Below, in pieces: positions 27,192 to 36,113 of a DNA stretch of 36,113 bases. The notes under the pieces are model-generated. The model had not been told where the DNA came from. It saw only the letters and a program-made list of their open reading frames with translations, and searched no databases. Each line of letters opens with the position of its first letter. The stretch's first letter is position 1. The stretch comes from a virus (taxonomy: Duplodnaviria > Caudoviricetes). The translations under genes and the position numbers were made by a program. The stretch spans positions 1 to 36,113 of the IMG/VR virus record IMGVR_UViG_3300031260_000063; one strand, 5' to 3'.

Positions 27192-27383
27192 ATGGTAGAA
27201 AGCACAGTGTTGGTCAGCGCCACGGCGTTTGCGAAAAAGAACGGGATTGACCCATATATGTTGAACGGCTTGATAAACCAGTACAAGATCAAGCCTGACG
27301 CGCAATATGGGAAGGCCCGACTTTTCAAACCCGAACGCCTCCAGGGCATTGTCGATAGCCTTGAGAGCGTAATGAAAAAATAA
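27192..27383 (+). CDS. small wHTH DNA-binding protein (excisionase/MerR-like)
   Basis: LVSATAFAKKNGI....L..LI....I.P...YGK.RLF pattern; SD aaggagtga. Confidence 0.6.
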   Translation: MVESTVLVSATAFAKKNGIDPYMLNGLINQYKIKPDAQYGKARLFKPERLQGIVDSLESVMKK

Positions 27384-27635
27384 TTCGACCCGAACACCTC
27401 CTTGCGTTGTACCAACCCCCTTTCCCGCTGGCAGCTTGAGACCCTGTCAGCGGTTTTTGAAACGAGTTTCAAAGATAGCACCAAAAATCTTGAAAGGAGG
27501 CTCCACTTGCGGCTATGCCGCTGGCAGCGCCTGAGTTCAAAATGGGCTCTCAGGCGCAAAAAAACTCAATGAATAGTGGACGACACGACGGCGTAGAGGC
27601 ACGTGGCCTCCGCCGTCTTTTTAGGGAGGCAAGAG

Positions 27636-27818
27636 ATGAAGAGAGAGAGACCGTACCACGAGATTGTTTGCAACGAGTACCCCTTGTACGAAGGCAGCAG
27701 CACTCAGGAGGCAATGAAGGCCTGGGACGAGGCAGTAAAGAACCAGCTCGATGTCCAATGGTACATCGACGGCGTTCGGTATCGCTCAAGCGGGAAGCCT
27801 TCGAGAGTCGCGGTATGA
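27636..27818 (+). CDS. hypothetical protein
   Basis: SD agggagg before ATG 27636. Confidence 0.65.
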   Translation: MKRERPYHEIVCNEYPLYEGSSTQEAMKAWDEAVKNQLDVQWYIDGVRYRSSGKPSRVAV

Positions 27819-27988
27819 GAGGGAGGATCGAGGAACTCAAGGACGAAATCAAGGACCTGATCGAGAGACAGGAAGCCGTGAAAGATCCCTCCGAGAAGAT
27901 GGTTTATCAGGATCTCATAGCCGAGAAAGGTGAGGAACTGGAAGACCTCGAACGAGAGTTCGAAGAACTCGCCCGACAGTATGTATGA
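27815..27988 (+). CDS. small acidic coiled-coil protein
   Basis: ATGA overlap with the previous gene; MRGRIEELKDEIKDL... Confidence 0.65.
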   Translation: MRGRIEELKDEIKDLIERQEAVKDPSEKMVYQDLIAEKGEELEDLEREFEELARQYV

Positions 27989-28056
27989 AAAAAGCCGCTC
28001 GGCAAAGCGGCCCCAAAACTTGAATGTTCACAAGAAGTATAACACGAGGTGATCTT

Positions 28057-29685
28057 ATGAGCAACGTTATTGTGAAGGACGGAAAGATAGGGCTTGCGAC
28101 GAACTATTCAGAATATCAGGATTGCAAGTTAATTCCCGGCGGAAGATGGAGTCCGGGACTTAGAAGATGGATATACCCGGCCACCCCCGCCACGGCAAAG
28201 AAAATCCACGACACCTTCAAAGACCTCTCGTACGATCTCGACTTCATGAATCTTCTCAACGCAGCCGATGCGGTAGTTAGAAACCAATCCCTGAAAGATG
28301 CGATTGATCTTCCCGATGTGCCTGTTTCTTTTACAAAGGCGTGGAGACACCAGAAACAGGCGTTCTGGTTCGCAAAGGATCTCAGGGCAGCGATGCTGGC
28401 AATGAGCATGGGAACCGGAAAGTCAAAGGTTGCTGTGGATCTGGTAGTCAACCGCAACCACAAACAGACTTTGATTCTTTGCCCGAAGTCAGTCGGGGCA
28501 GTCTGGCCCGATCAGTTCAAGATACACAGTCCTTTGACCCGGGATATTGTTTGCCTTGATCTCACATCCGAGAAAGGAACAGTTGAGAAAAAAACGATCA
28601 AGGCAAAAGAGTTCTTACAGATCGCACGAATCAAGGGACAGCAGGCGATCGTGATTATTAACTACGAATCAGCGTGGAGAAAGCCCTTTGGTGAGTGGGC
28701 GATGAAGCAGAAGTTCGATCTCGTCATTCTCGACGAGTCGCACAGGATCAAGACCCCCGGTTCTCAGATCGGAAAGTTCGCGGCCAGGCTCGGCAGGACC
28801 GCGAAGTACAGACTGGCGCTCACAGGCACTCCGATGCCCCACAGTCCGATGGATATCTATTCACAGTATCGCTTTCTTGATTCCGGGATATTCGGCACTT
28901 CGTTCGTGGCTTTCAAGAAGAGGTACGCAATCATGGGAGGGTTTCAGGGTCACGAAATCATCGGATGGGCGAACGAAGATGAGATGAACAGAAAATTCTA
29001 CTCGATCGCGTATAAGGCTGACAAGTCCGTGATCGAGCTGCCGGAGTACATTGACATCTACCGAAAGGCCGAGCTTACACCTAAAGCGATGAAAGTGTAT
29101 CGGGAACTGGAAGAAATTTTCTGGACTGATGTAGATAAGGGCGAGGTTACGGCAGCGAACGCACTCACCAGACTTCTTAGACTTCAGCAGGTCACTTCGG
29201 GATATGTGAGAACCGATGAAAAAGAAGAGGTCGAGATTGATACGAGCAAGGCAGATCTTCTGGCAGACATCATCGAAGATATTGAGATTGAAGAACCGAT
29301 CACGGTGTTCGCGAGATTTCGACACGACATCACCACAATCAAGAAAACTTTTGAGAAGGCCGGGAGGTCCTGCGCGGAGCTGTCGGGATCTGCCAACGAA
29401 CTGAAAGACTGGCAGGACGGAAAGTACAACTCGATCGTGGTTCAGATCCAGTCCGGAGGTCTGGGGATCTCGCTGGTCCGTGCGAGGTACTGCATCTATT
29501 ACTCGCTCGGATTCAGTCTCGGAGACTATGAACAGTCGAGGGCGAGAATTCACAGACCGGGACAAGAGAGAGAAGTCGTCTATATTCACCTGCTTATGAA
29601 AAACACAATAGACGAGAGAGTGTACGGAGCGTTGAAAAAGAAGAAGGATGTTGTACGAAGCATCCTAGACAGGGAGGTAGTTTGA
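28057..29685 (+). CDS. SNF2-family (SF2) helicase
   Basis: MGTGKS, ILDESH, LTGTP, GLGISL and QSRARIHRPGQ motifs; SD gaggtga. Confidence 0.95.
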   Translation: MSNVIVKDGKIGLATNYSEYQDCKLIPGGRWSPGLRRWIYPATPATAKKIHDTFKDLSYDLDFMNLLNAADAVVRNQSLKDAIDLPDVPVSFTKAWRHQKQAFWFAKDLRAAMLAMSMGTGKSKVAVDLVVNRNHKQTLILCPKSVGAVWPDQFKIHSPLTRDIVCLDLTSEKGTVEKKTIKAKEFLQIARIKGQQAIVIINYESAWRKPFGEWAMKQKFDLVILDESHRIKTPGSQIGKFAARLGRTAKYRLALTGTPMPHSPMDIYSQYRFLDSGIFGTSFVAFKKRYAIMGGFQGHEIIGWANEDEMNRKFYSIAYKADKSVIELPEYIDIYRKAELTPKAMKVYRELEEIFWTDVDKGEVTAANALTRLLRLQQVTSGYVRTDEKEEVEIDTSKADLLADIIEDIEIEEPITVFARFRHDITTIKKTFEKAGRSCAELSGSANELKDWQDGKYNSIVVQIQSGGLGISLVRARYCIYYSLGFSLGDYEQSRARIHRPGQEREVVYIHLLMKNTIDERVYGALKKKKDVVRSILDREVV

Positions 29686-30117
29686 ATGAACATGACTAAA
29701 GTAAAGAGATATGTGGAACTGCACGCGAAGAGAAAGAAGATCGAGGCCGAGCTGGCCACGGTGAAGGAAAAACTGACCGAGCTTGAACCGTTCATTCTTG
29801 AACAGTTCGAAAAGGCAGGTATACAAAACATGAAGGTCGGAGACTGGAAGCCGTACATCAACCGTGAAATCTGGGCTTCGGTCGATAAAACTCACCCGCA
29901 GGCTATGGAGATTCTCAAAGCCAACGGTCTTGCGGATCTTGTGAATGAGACCGTGAACAGTCAGAGCCTTTCGGCGTTCGTCAGGGAGCAGGTGAAGCTC
30001 TTTGAAGACGCTGACTCGAAGACCCTGGAAGAAATACTCAAAGAAGCATTGCCCGAAGAACTTTTGAATGTGTTGAAAGTATCCGAAAAAACAAGCCTTC
30101 GCGTTGTGAAGGCGTAG
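29686..30117 (+). CDS. conserved phage replication-module protein (coiled-coil N-terminus)
   Basis: SD agggaggt; VN.QSL.AFVRE motif typical of proteins between helicase and SSB genes. Confidence 0.7.
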   Translation: MNMTKVKRYVELHAKRKKIEAELATVKEKLTELEPFILEQFEKAGIQNMKVGDWKPYINREIWASVDKTHPQAMEILKANGLADLVNETVNSQSLSAFVREQVKLFEDADSKTLEEILKEALPEELLNVLKVSEKTSLRVVKA

Positions 30118-30129
30118 GGAGGAATGAGA

Positions 30130-30849
30130 ATGAGTAAGAAAGACACTGCAATTGAAGTCGCCGAAAGTCCGTATCTGGTTCTGAAGAATGGTTCAAACAT
30201 TGTCGAGGTAGTTGAGGAGAACCTCGGAGCCGAGGGCGTATCCGCTTACGATCTTGATCGCGTGAAGATTCCCGCTGGCGGTGCGACTGCTTTTGAGGTT
30301 CCCACACTTGATGGCGAGGAGAGCGTGAAGGACATTGAGGGCATCATCATCTACTGGAAGACTGCCCGCGCATACTGGCCCGAGAAGTTCAACGGTGAGA
30401 ATAACCCCCCACAGTGCAGTTCGGTGGATGGAGAGGTCGGCCAGGGTAACCCCGGAGGTTACTGTGCGAAGTGCCCGCTGGCGCAGTTCGGTTCGGCAGA
30501 CAACGGCAAGGGTCAGGCATGCAAGCAGATGAGACAGATGTTCATCGTGCGCGAGAACGATATTCTGCCCCTGGTTATCACTCTGCCACCCACTTCGATC
30601 AAGCCCGCAAAGCAGTATTTCATGAGACTTGCATCTAAGGGTATCAAGTACGCTCATGTTGTCTCCAGAATCTCTCTGGAAAAGGCGAAGAGTGCAGACG
30701 GTATCACATACTCGAAGGCTGTGTTCTCTCTCGTGAAGCAGCTCGAACCTGAGATTTGCGAGAAGATAGATGCTTTCACCGAGTCAATCAGACCGATGCT
30801 CGAAACTGTTTCGATCGACACCGGCGAGGCTCCAGACTGGGATAACTGA
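30130..30849 (+). CDS. single-stranded DNA-binding-like phage protein
   Basis: RAYW, P.CSS.DG, C..CP..QFGS....G.ACK and LPPTS motifs; acidic/aromatic tail APDWDN. Confidence 0.7.
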   Translation: MSKKDTAIEVAESPYLVLKNGSNIVEVVEENLGAEGVSAYDLDRVKIPAGGATAFEVPTLDGEESVKDIEGIIIYWKTARAYWPEKFNGENNPPQCSSVDGEVGQGNPGGYCAKCPLAQFGSADNGKGQACKQMRQMFIVRENDILPLVITLPPTSIKPAKQYFMRLASKGIKYAHVVSRISLEKAKSADGITYSKAVFSLVKQLEPEICEKIDAFTESIRPMLETVSIDTGEAPDWDN

Positions 30850-30869
30850 TTCGAAGAGGAGGGGTACAA

Positions 30870-30900
30870 ATGAGGCGCGCTGGTGCGCGCCTCATCTTTG
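30870..30900 (+). terminator. perfect 11-bp hairpin, terminator-like
   Basis: atgaggcgcgc-tggt-gcgcgcctcat-cttt. Confidence 0.6.
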
Positions 30901-30913
30901 AAGGAGTGATAGT

Positions 30914-32587
30914 ATGACCGATAGTATGAACGAGTTTTTGCAGGAACTGTGGGGCTTCAAGCCGGAAAACCTTAATATCCTGATCTGGCAGAAGAAAGGC
31001 AAGAAGTCATACTGGTTCACAGATATTGACAAGATCGTGAACTACCTTGAAAAAAACAAGGATCAATCAGATATATATATGGGCGTGGGTCTCAGCTCAA
31101 AGGACTATGGTCTCAAGAACCGCTGCCCGGCTAACGAGATAGCGGGTATCACTGGGTTCTGGTCTGACATAGATATTCAGGACGGAGTACACAAAAAGAA
31201 GAATCTCCCGGCTTCAGTCGAAGAAGCTAAGAGCCTCTTCCCCGAAGAACCCACATGTGTTATTCATTCGGGGCACGGTATACAGGCGTGGTGGTTATTT
31301 AGAGAACCGTGGATCTTTGATAGTAAAGATGAGAGACTCAAGGCACAGGCAATGTGTGAAACATGGCATAGACAGATCTTAGACAGGGCCGAGGCTCATA
31401 ACTGGACGGTAGATGCTACGTTCGATCTATCCAGGATTCTCAGAATCCCCGGTACTAAGAATCTGAAGAACAAAGATGATGTTCGCGATGTGAAACTGAT
31501 CGCGTCTAACTGGACCCTTCGGTATGAACCTGACGATCTGGTGCCTTCGGTTGTAATTGAAAAGGGTAAGAAGGAAAATATCAAGACCGATCGAATAGTT
31601 CTCAGACCCGACGCGGCACCGCCCACAGAGAAGTGGGAGGCTCTGATGAGCGCCGAACCAAAGTTCAAGAAGTCGTGGAATCATGACCGCAAGGATCTCT
31701 CGGACCAGTCACCAAGTTCTTACGACTTTTCTCTTGCCTCGATTGCTTTTCAGGCAGAGTGGACGGATCAGGAGATTGTAGATCTTCTCATTGCACACAG
31801 AAGAAAACATAAATCAGACTTGAAACTTAGGCACGATTATTACAAGCGAACTCTTGAAAAGTTGAAACTGGAAAAGAAACAGAGAGACGAGCTTACAGAG
31901 GTTCTTGAAATTCACAATCAGAGAACTGCGGATCTTACACGCGAAGAACTGAAGAAACAGGTTGTCATACTGGAAACTGTGAATTCCGATCTCAAACCCG
32001 GCAGTCAAGAATTACTGGACAAGATTGAGGAGATTCTCGGTGTGAAAATTGTCAAACTTCAGAAGTTTCTTTCTGAACCACCATCATACAGACTTCAAAC
32101 ACCCACAACAAATATAAACATCGAGACAGCAGGAGACATTATCTCTCAAACAAAGTTCAGAGTAAAGATAGCAGACGCTACCGGAATAGTGATCGAACCT
32201 TTCAATAGAAAAGATTGGCCAAAGATAGCTCAACTGCTGCTCAACGCCTGTGAAGAAGTTTCAGTAGGTGAAGAGTCCACAGACGAGGGGTATATTCGTG
32301 GGATTCTAAGAAGCTACCTGGACGGCAACAGTGACTTTGTGGAACTAAAAAACATCGAGGATTATTCAGAGGTAATCGGAAATCAGAGTTTTCCTTTCTC
32401 ATTTCAGGGTAATATTTACCTCTCGCTTTCAGATCTTCGCAAGTATATTCGCATAATGACCGGGGATAACCTAACAATAAAGCATTTGGGTAAGCTGTTG
32501 CGAATAGGCAACTGGGAGAACTGCATAATGAACGTAAACATTGATGGAAAGAAGACTTCACGCTCTTTGTTTAAGCATAAAAAGTAG
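30914..32587 (+). CDS. DNA primase (RepB-like AEP family)
   Basis: W.DID, HSGHG.QAWW, D.SRILRIPGT.N.K and helical-bundle S..D..LA...YY.RT motifs. Confidence 0.85.
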   Translation: MTDSMNEFLQELWGFKPENLNILIWQKKGKKSYWFTDIDKIVNYLEKNKDQSDIYMGVGLSSKDYGLKNRCPANEIAGITGFWSDIDIQDGVHKKKNLPASVEEAKSLFPEEPTCVIHSGHGIQAWWLFREPWIFDSKDERLKAQAMCETWHRQILDRAEAHNWTVDATFDLSRILRIPGTKNLKNKDDVRDVKLIASNWTLRYEPDDLVPSVVIEKGKKENIKTDRIVLRPDAAPPTEKWEALMSAEPKFKKSWNHDRKDLSDQSPSSYDFSLASIAFQAEWTDQEIVDLLIAHRRKHKSDLKLRHDYYKRTLEKLKLEKKQRDELTEVLEIHNQRTADLTREELKKQVVILETVNSDLKPGSQELLDKIEEILGVKIVKLQKFLSEPPSYRLQTPTTNINIETAGDIISQTKFRVKIADATGIVIEPFNRKDWPKIAQLLLNACEEVSVGEESTDEGYIRGILRSYLDGNSDFVELKNIEDYSEVIGNQSFPFSFQGNIYLSLSDLRKYIRIMTGDNLTIKHLGKLLRIGNWENCIMNVNIDGKKTSRSLFKHKK

Positions 32588-32812
32588 CACCTACTAGCAA
32601 TAATAACGACTAGCGTCTATAGGGATTTTTTTTTTGAATGTTTTTTTTTCACTACAAAGTGAGTCAAGAATTGTTAGTTTGATTAGTAACTAGCTATATA
32701 AGCCAAACATAAGTTAGGGAAAACGTTAATAATCGTTAGGATTGTTATTTGAAAGGAAATGAACGTAAACATTGATGGAAAGAAGACTTCACGCTCTTTG
32801 TTTAAGCATAAA
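32527..32812 (+). repeat. 55-bp exact direct repeat (32527-32581 and 32758-32812)
   Basis: aatgaacgtaaacattgatggaaagaagacttcacgctctttgtttaagcataaa occurs twice, 231 bp apart. Confidence 0.95.
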
Positions 32813-32960
32813 GCGTACAAAGATTTAATACTAATGTCATTGATGTCGCACATGTGCTTTACACAAGTTAATCTGTGTTTTACCAACTTTACTCATCTGT
32901 TACTAATAAAAGTGGTGTTTTGTGGATTTTTTGATCGATTTTTTCAAAAAAAGGAGGTGA
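32588..32960. other. candidate replication origin (AT-rich intergenic region)
   Basis: Strongly AT-rich gap with long T-runs at ~32626-32649, between primase and helicase genes. Confidence 0.5.
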
Positions 32961-32970
32961 TCTACTAATT

Positions 32971-34656
32971 ATGGGCGCAGAATACAGAGTTTTTGGCCCC
33001 CCAGGTACCGGGAAAACCACATATCTCGCAAGACAAATCTCTAAAGCGGCAGAGTCATACGACGGGTCTGTGATGGTCTCGTCTTTCACAAGAGCCGCTG
33101 CCGTGGAGCTGGTTCAACGAAAACTACCAGTAGATAGAGAGAATATCGGCACCCTTCACGCTATATGCTACCGCGCGCTCGGAAGACCCGAGATAGCAGA
33201 GACTCACATAGCAGACTGGAACGAAGCTCACCCTTCTCACCGCATATCAAACAGATCTGTGGCGATGGAGGATGTAGATACCACACCAAACAAGACCTCC
33301 AAAGACTCTGTATTTCAGCAGATGCAGATTCGCAGGGCAAAGATGATACCTAAAGATTACTGGCCAAATACAGTGCAAGAGTTCTCTGCGCTGTGGGATG
33401 ACTGGAAGGAGCAATCAGGGTACATGGACTTCACGGACCTGATCGAGGAAGCCGTGAGAAGTGTCTATTCGGCCCCTCAGTCACCTGCTGTTGGATTCTT
33501 TGACGAAGTGCAGGATTTTACACCTCTACAATTAAAACTCGTCAGACAGTGGATTCAGGGCATGGAATACGCCATTCTCGCAGGCGATGACGACCAGTGT
33601 ATCTACTCTTTCGCGGGCGCTTCGCCCGAAGCGTTCCTGGAACCCGAACTTTCACAGGAGTACGTCAGGGTACTAGACAAGTCGTGGAGACTCCCGAGAA
33701 AGATTCAGGAGTATGCGGACTCGTGGATTCGCAAAGTCGCTGTCAGATACCCGAAGCAGTACAGACCCAAAGACTCGGAGGGGTGGGTAAAAAAGTCAGT
33801 TGCAAGATGGAAGTACCCTGAAACTTTCATGAGAGAAGTTGAGAATCACATAGCAGATCATAAGACTGTGATGATCCTCACTTCCTGTTCATATATGCTC
33901 GAACCCCTGAAACAGGTTCTAAAGTCTTCGTCTATCCCATTTCACAATCCGTACCGCAAGAGTCGAGGAGACTGGAACCCTCTCGGCTCACGAAGGGGTA
34001 CTACTATGGTCGAGCGAATTCTGGCGTTTCTTCTTCCATCGTTCGAGCTGTGGGGAGAGCAGGCCAGATATTGGAGGCTAGATGACTTAAAGAAGTGGGT
34101 GATGGTCCTGAATTCTTCGGGTGTACTCAAGCGCGGTGCAAAAACTCTGCTCTTAGACAAGCTCAAGGATGTGAAAGAAGAGGATGACCCCACATCTTTC
34201 GACTTCGGGGCAAACGTCGAAGACACTTCGTTCGACTTTGGAGAGAACAAAGAATCTCAGGCCGATGTGGACGAGATTCTCTCAATGCTCGAACCTCACG
34301 CGCTAGAGAGGGCCGAAGCCTCGGATATAGACTGGTTCTACCAGAATATTTTGCCTGCGAAGAAAAAGATCGCAAAATATCCCATAGACCTGATTAAGAA
34401 TCGGGGGGTTAGAACCCTCATCGAGAAACCGAGGCTCGTGATCGGTACGATTCACAGCGTGAAAGGGGGTGAGGCCGACATTGTGTATCTATTTCCGGAC
34501 TTATCACAGGAGGCATATCGAACCGCAATATCAGACAGAGAACAGCGTGACAGTATCCGCCGACAGATGTATGTAGGAATGACACGAGCGAGGGAAGGAC
34601 TCTATATCTGTGAGCCTTCGGATATGTGCCACGTAGAACTTGGAGGTGTGGGATGA
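32971..34656 (+). CDS. UvrD/Rep-like SF1 helicase
   Basis: GPPGTGKTT, FDEVQD, AGDDDQCIY, TIHSVKGGEAD and YVGMTRA motifs. Confidence 0.95.
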   Translation: MGAEYRVFGPPGTGKTTYLARQISKAAESYDGSVMVSSFTRAAAVELVQRKLPVDRENIGTLHAICYRALGRPEIAETHIADWNEAHPSHRISNRSVAMEDVDTTPNKTSKDSVFQQMQIRRAKMIPKDYWPNTVQEFSALWDDWKEQSGYMDFTDLIEEAVRSVYSAPQSPAVGFFDEVQDFTPLQLKLVRQWIQGMEYAILAGDDDQCIYSFAGASPEAFLEPELSQEYVRVLDKSWRLPRKIQEYADSWIRKVAVRYPKQYRPKDSEGWVKKSVARWKYPETFMREVENHIADHKTVMILTSCSYMLEPLKQVLKSSSIPFHNPYRKSRGDWNPLGSRRGTTMVERILAFLLPSFELWGEQARYWRLDDLKKWVMVLNSSGVLKRGAKTLLLDKLKDVKEEDDPTSFDFGANVEDTSFDFGENKESQADVDEILSMLEPHALERAEASDIDWFYQNILPAKKKIAKYPIDLIKNRGVRTLIEKPRLVIGTIHSVKGGEADIVYLFPDLSQEAYRTAISDREQRDSIRRQMYVGMTRAREGLYICEPSDMCHVELGGVG

Positions 34657-34937
34657 CAGAAAAGGCAATAGTCAACTCGATACTTAGATACCTGAACTCT
34701 CTGCCACAGTGCAGGGCCGAGAAGACCTGGGGCGGCGGGTACGGCAATGCCGGCAAGCCTGACATCACAGGTTGTCTGAAGGGCAGACGCTTCGAGCTTG
34801 AAGTCAAGAAACCTGGGGGCAAACCGACTAAGTTGCAGGAAGTCACGCTCCGCAAATGGTTCGAAGCCGGGGCGATTACCGGCGTTGTTCACAGTGTTGA
34901 CGAGGTTAAGGAGGTTCTGAATGTGGAAGATACCTGA
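34653..34937 (+). CDS. VRR-NUC domain nuclease (Holliday-junction resolvase-like)
   Basis: E..I...I, G.PDI and ELEVKKPGGKPT.LQ motifs. Confidence 0.9.
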   Translation: MTEKAIVNSILRYLNSLPQCRAEKTWGGGYGNAGKPDITGCLKGRRFELEVKKPGGKPTKLQEVTLRKWFEAGAITGVVHSVDEVKEVLNVEDT

Positions 34938-35094
34938 ACTGGAAGATCACATTGTCAAGGTAGATGAGTATGGCATTCCTTACTATGAACAAGACAATGG
35001 CTGGTTAATAGACAACTTGCTGATAGCACCCAAAGAAACGTTCAAAGTGAAACTGACAATCAAGAAAGTTGAGAAAGGGAAGCCAAAGGAGTGA
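34921..35094 (+). CDS. 57-aa hypothetical protein (not in ORF track)
   Basis: SD ggaggt; MWKIPELEDHIVKVDEYG... Confidence 0.6.
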   Translation: MWKIPELEDHIVKVDEYGIPYYEQDNGWLIDNLLIAPKETFKVKLTIKKVEKGKPKE

Positions 35095-35098
35095 TGAG

Positions 35099-35539
35099 AT
35101 GACAAAGCAACTTAGGACTGTTATGGATATTATCTTCGCTGGTTTCGTTGTTAGAACAAGGGAAGAAATGAAAGTTTTTGAAAATCTCATAGGCAAGCAG
35201 CTTCATTATACGTTGATAGAGAACGAAAAAGTGGAAGAGTTTTTTGACACTAAGCTCAAACCGTTTCTCGAAGAACGAGTAAAAGCCTATGCCGACTCCT
35301 TTGGAAATTGTTGCAGATTTGCCAGAGAGTTTACAAAGGAAGAACTGAAGGCTGACATTGAGCTTAGCCTTTTCTCAAACAATGAAGTGAAGCTGATTCC
35401 CAAAAACCTGTTCAGCGCCATTATAGCAAGAGCAATGCAATGGGCAAAAATGGCTGACTTTCTGGATTACGCAGTTGCAACCGCACAAAAGTATCTGTTC
35501 CCTGTTGCGGAGGAAGCAGAAAAGGAGGTGAAGAAATGA
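35099..35539 (+). CDS. hypothetical protein
   Basis: SD aaggagtga before ATG 35099. Confidence 0.7.
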   Translation: MTKQLRTVMDIIFAGFVVRTREEMKVFENLIGKQLHYTLIENEKVEEFFDTKLKPFLEERVKAYADSFGNCCRFAREFTKEELKADIELSLFSNNEVKLIPKNLFSAIIARAMQWAKMADFLDYAVATAQKYLFPVAEEAEKEVKK

Positions 35540-35724
35540 GTTACTACGCTTATGTAAGAGATGACGAAAGAGACGACCGAGATTATCCTTGTCGCTTGTG
35601 CGCTCATTTTGAAAACGGCTTGTGCAACTTGTTGGAGATGAGAGTTGAAGAGGATGATGACGGTTGCGAATACTTTGAAATGGCAGACGAGTATTTAGGC
35701 AAGACAAGCGCTGAGATTGATTGA
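35536..35724 (+). CDS. small Cys-rich acidic protein
   Basis: SD aaggaggtga; CxxCxHF...C...C.YF pattern. Confidence 0.7.
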   Translation: MSYYAYVRDDERDDRDYPCRLCAHFENGLCNLLEMRVEEDDDGCEYFEMADEYLGKTSAEID

Positions 35725-35741
35725 GGAGGCTGAGAAATAGT

Positions 35742-36113
35742 ATGTTGCTAATTCTGATATTGGTAATAGTTTGTGCTATTTTACTTGCAATAGGGGTTTT
35801 TGGTTTTGAAACCTCTTGGTCTCGGAAACTTGGAGTAATATTGCTAATCATTGCAGCTTCGACTGCATTCTTAATTCTTCTTCTTATGATTTATGCCGTG
35901 AACAAACCCAGTTCGTTGATACCCGCTAAACAAATAGAGCTGGTTGCATTGCCAGACAATTTTCATATAGATAACAGAGTTTTCTATGCAGCTGTCGGGT
36001 ATAAAGACGGCAAGGCAAACATTGTCTATGCGTATGAAGAAGGAGAGTATATTACTGTCAAAAGAATCGCGACGGCAGAAAACGTCTGCATAAAAGAAGT
36101 AGAATCCGAGACA
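35742..36113 (+). CDS. membrane protein with two N-terminal TM helices (3'-truncated by window)
   Basis: SD gaggagg; MLLILILVIVCAILLAIG...VILLIIAASTAFLILLLMIYA; open to the window end. Confidence 0.7.
   Translation, partial: MLLILILVIVCAILLAIGVFGFETSWSRKLGVILLIIAASTAFLILLLMIYAVNKPSSLIPAKQIELVALPDNFHIDNRVFYAAVGYKDGKANIVYAYEEGEYITVKRIATAENVCIKEVESET

Noticed and set aside
27515-27814. 157-aa ORF 27515..27988 as a single gene
   Set aside because: Better explained as two SD-supported or coupled genes (27636 and 27815); the 5' part runs through RNA hairpins.
28861-29589. Long minus-strand ORFs (e.g. 242 aa here, 208 aa at 13034, 188 aa at 22709)
   Set aside because: Antisense shadows of well-supported + strand genes, with no motifs or SD.
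1-36113. Genome-wide TAG recoding, DGR, CRISPR array or tRNA genes
   Set aside because: Most TAG stops are followed directly by the next gene's SD/start. I saw no reverse transcriptase, A-specific TR/VR pair, spacer array or cloverleaf.

Overview
Nearly complete genome (or prophage) of a long-tailed, siphovirus-like dsDNA phage, with essentially all intact genes on the + strand. The order is: HTH gene with a palindromic repeat array; terminase small and large subunits; portal; minor head protein; scaffold; major capsid; a signal-peptide protein; neck genes; major tail protein; an unusual 3-gene cassette of extra tail-tube/Dit-like genes, one carrying an inserted SGNH esterase; tail chaperones with a probable +1 frameshift; tape measure with an SLT domain; Dit; a large tail tip protein; and a lysis-region cassette (two HExxH peptidases, metallophosphoesterase, holin-like protein, GH73 endolysin). 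A ~780-bp non-coding region holds what looks like the 3' stump of a serine integrase. It is followed by a hairpin-rich early leader with no recognisable repressor, then a replication module (SNF2 helicase, SSB-like protein, primase, AT-rich ori candidate bracketed by a 55-bp exact direct repeat, UvrD helicase, VRR-NUC). Product calls come from motifs and gene order only; no database search was run. The signal-peptide style resembles Thermotogota (Mesotoga-like) hosts, but this is only an impression.
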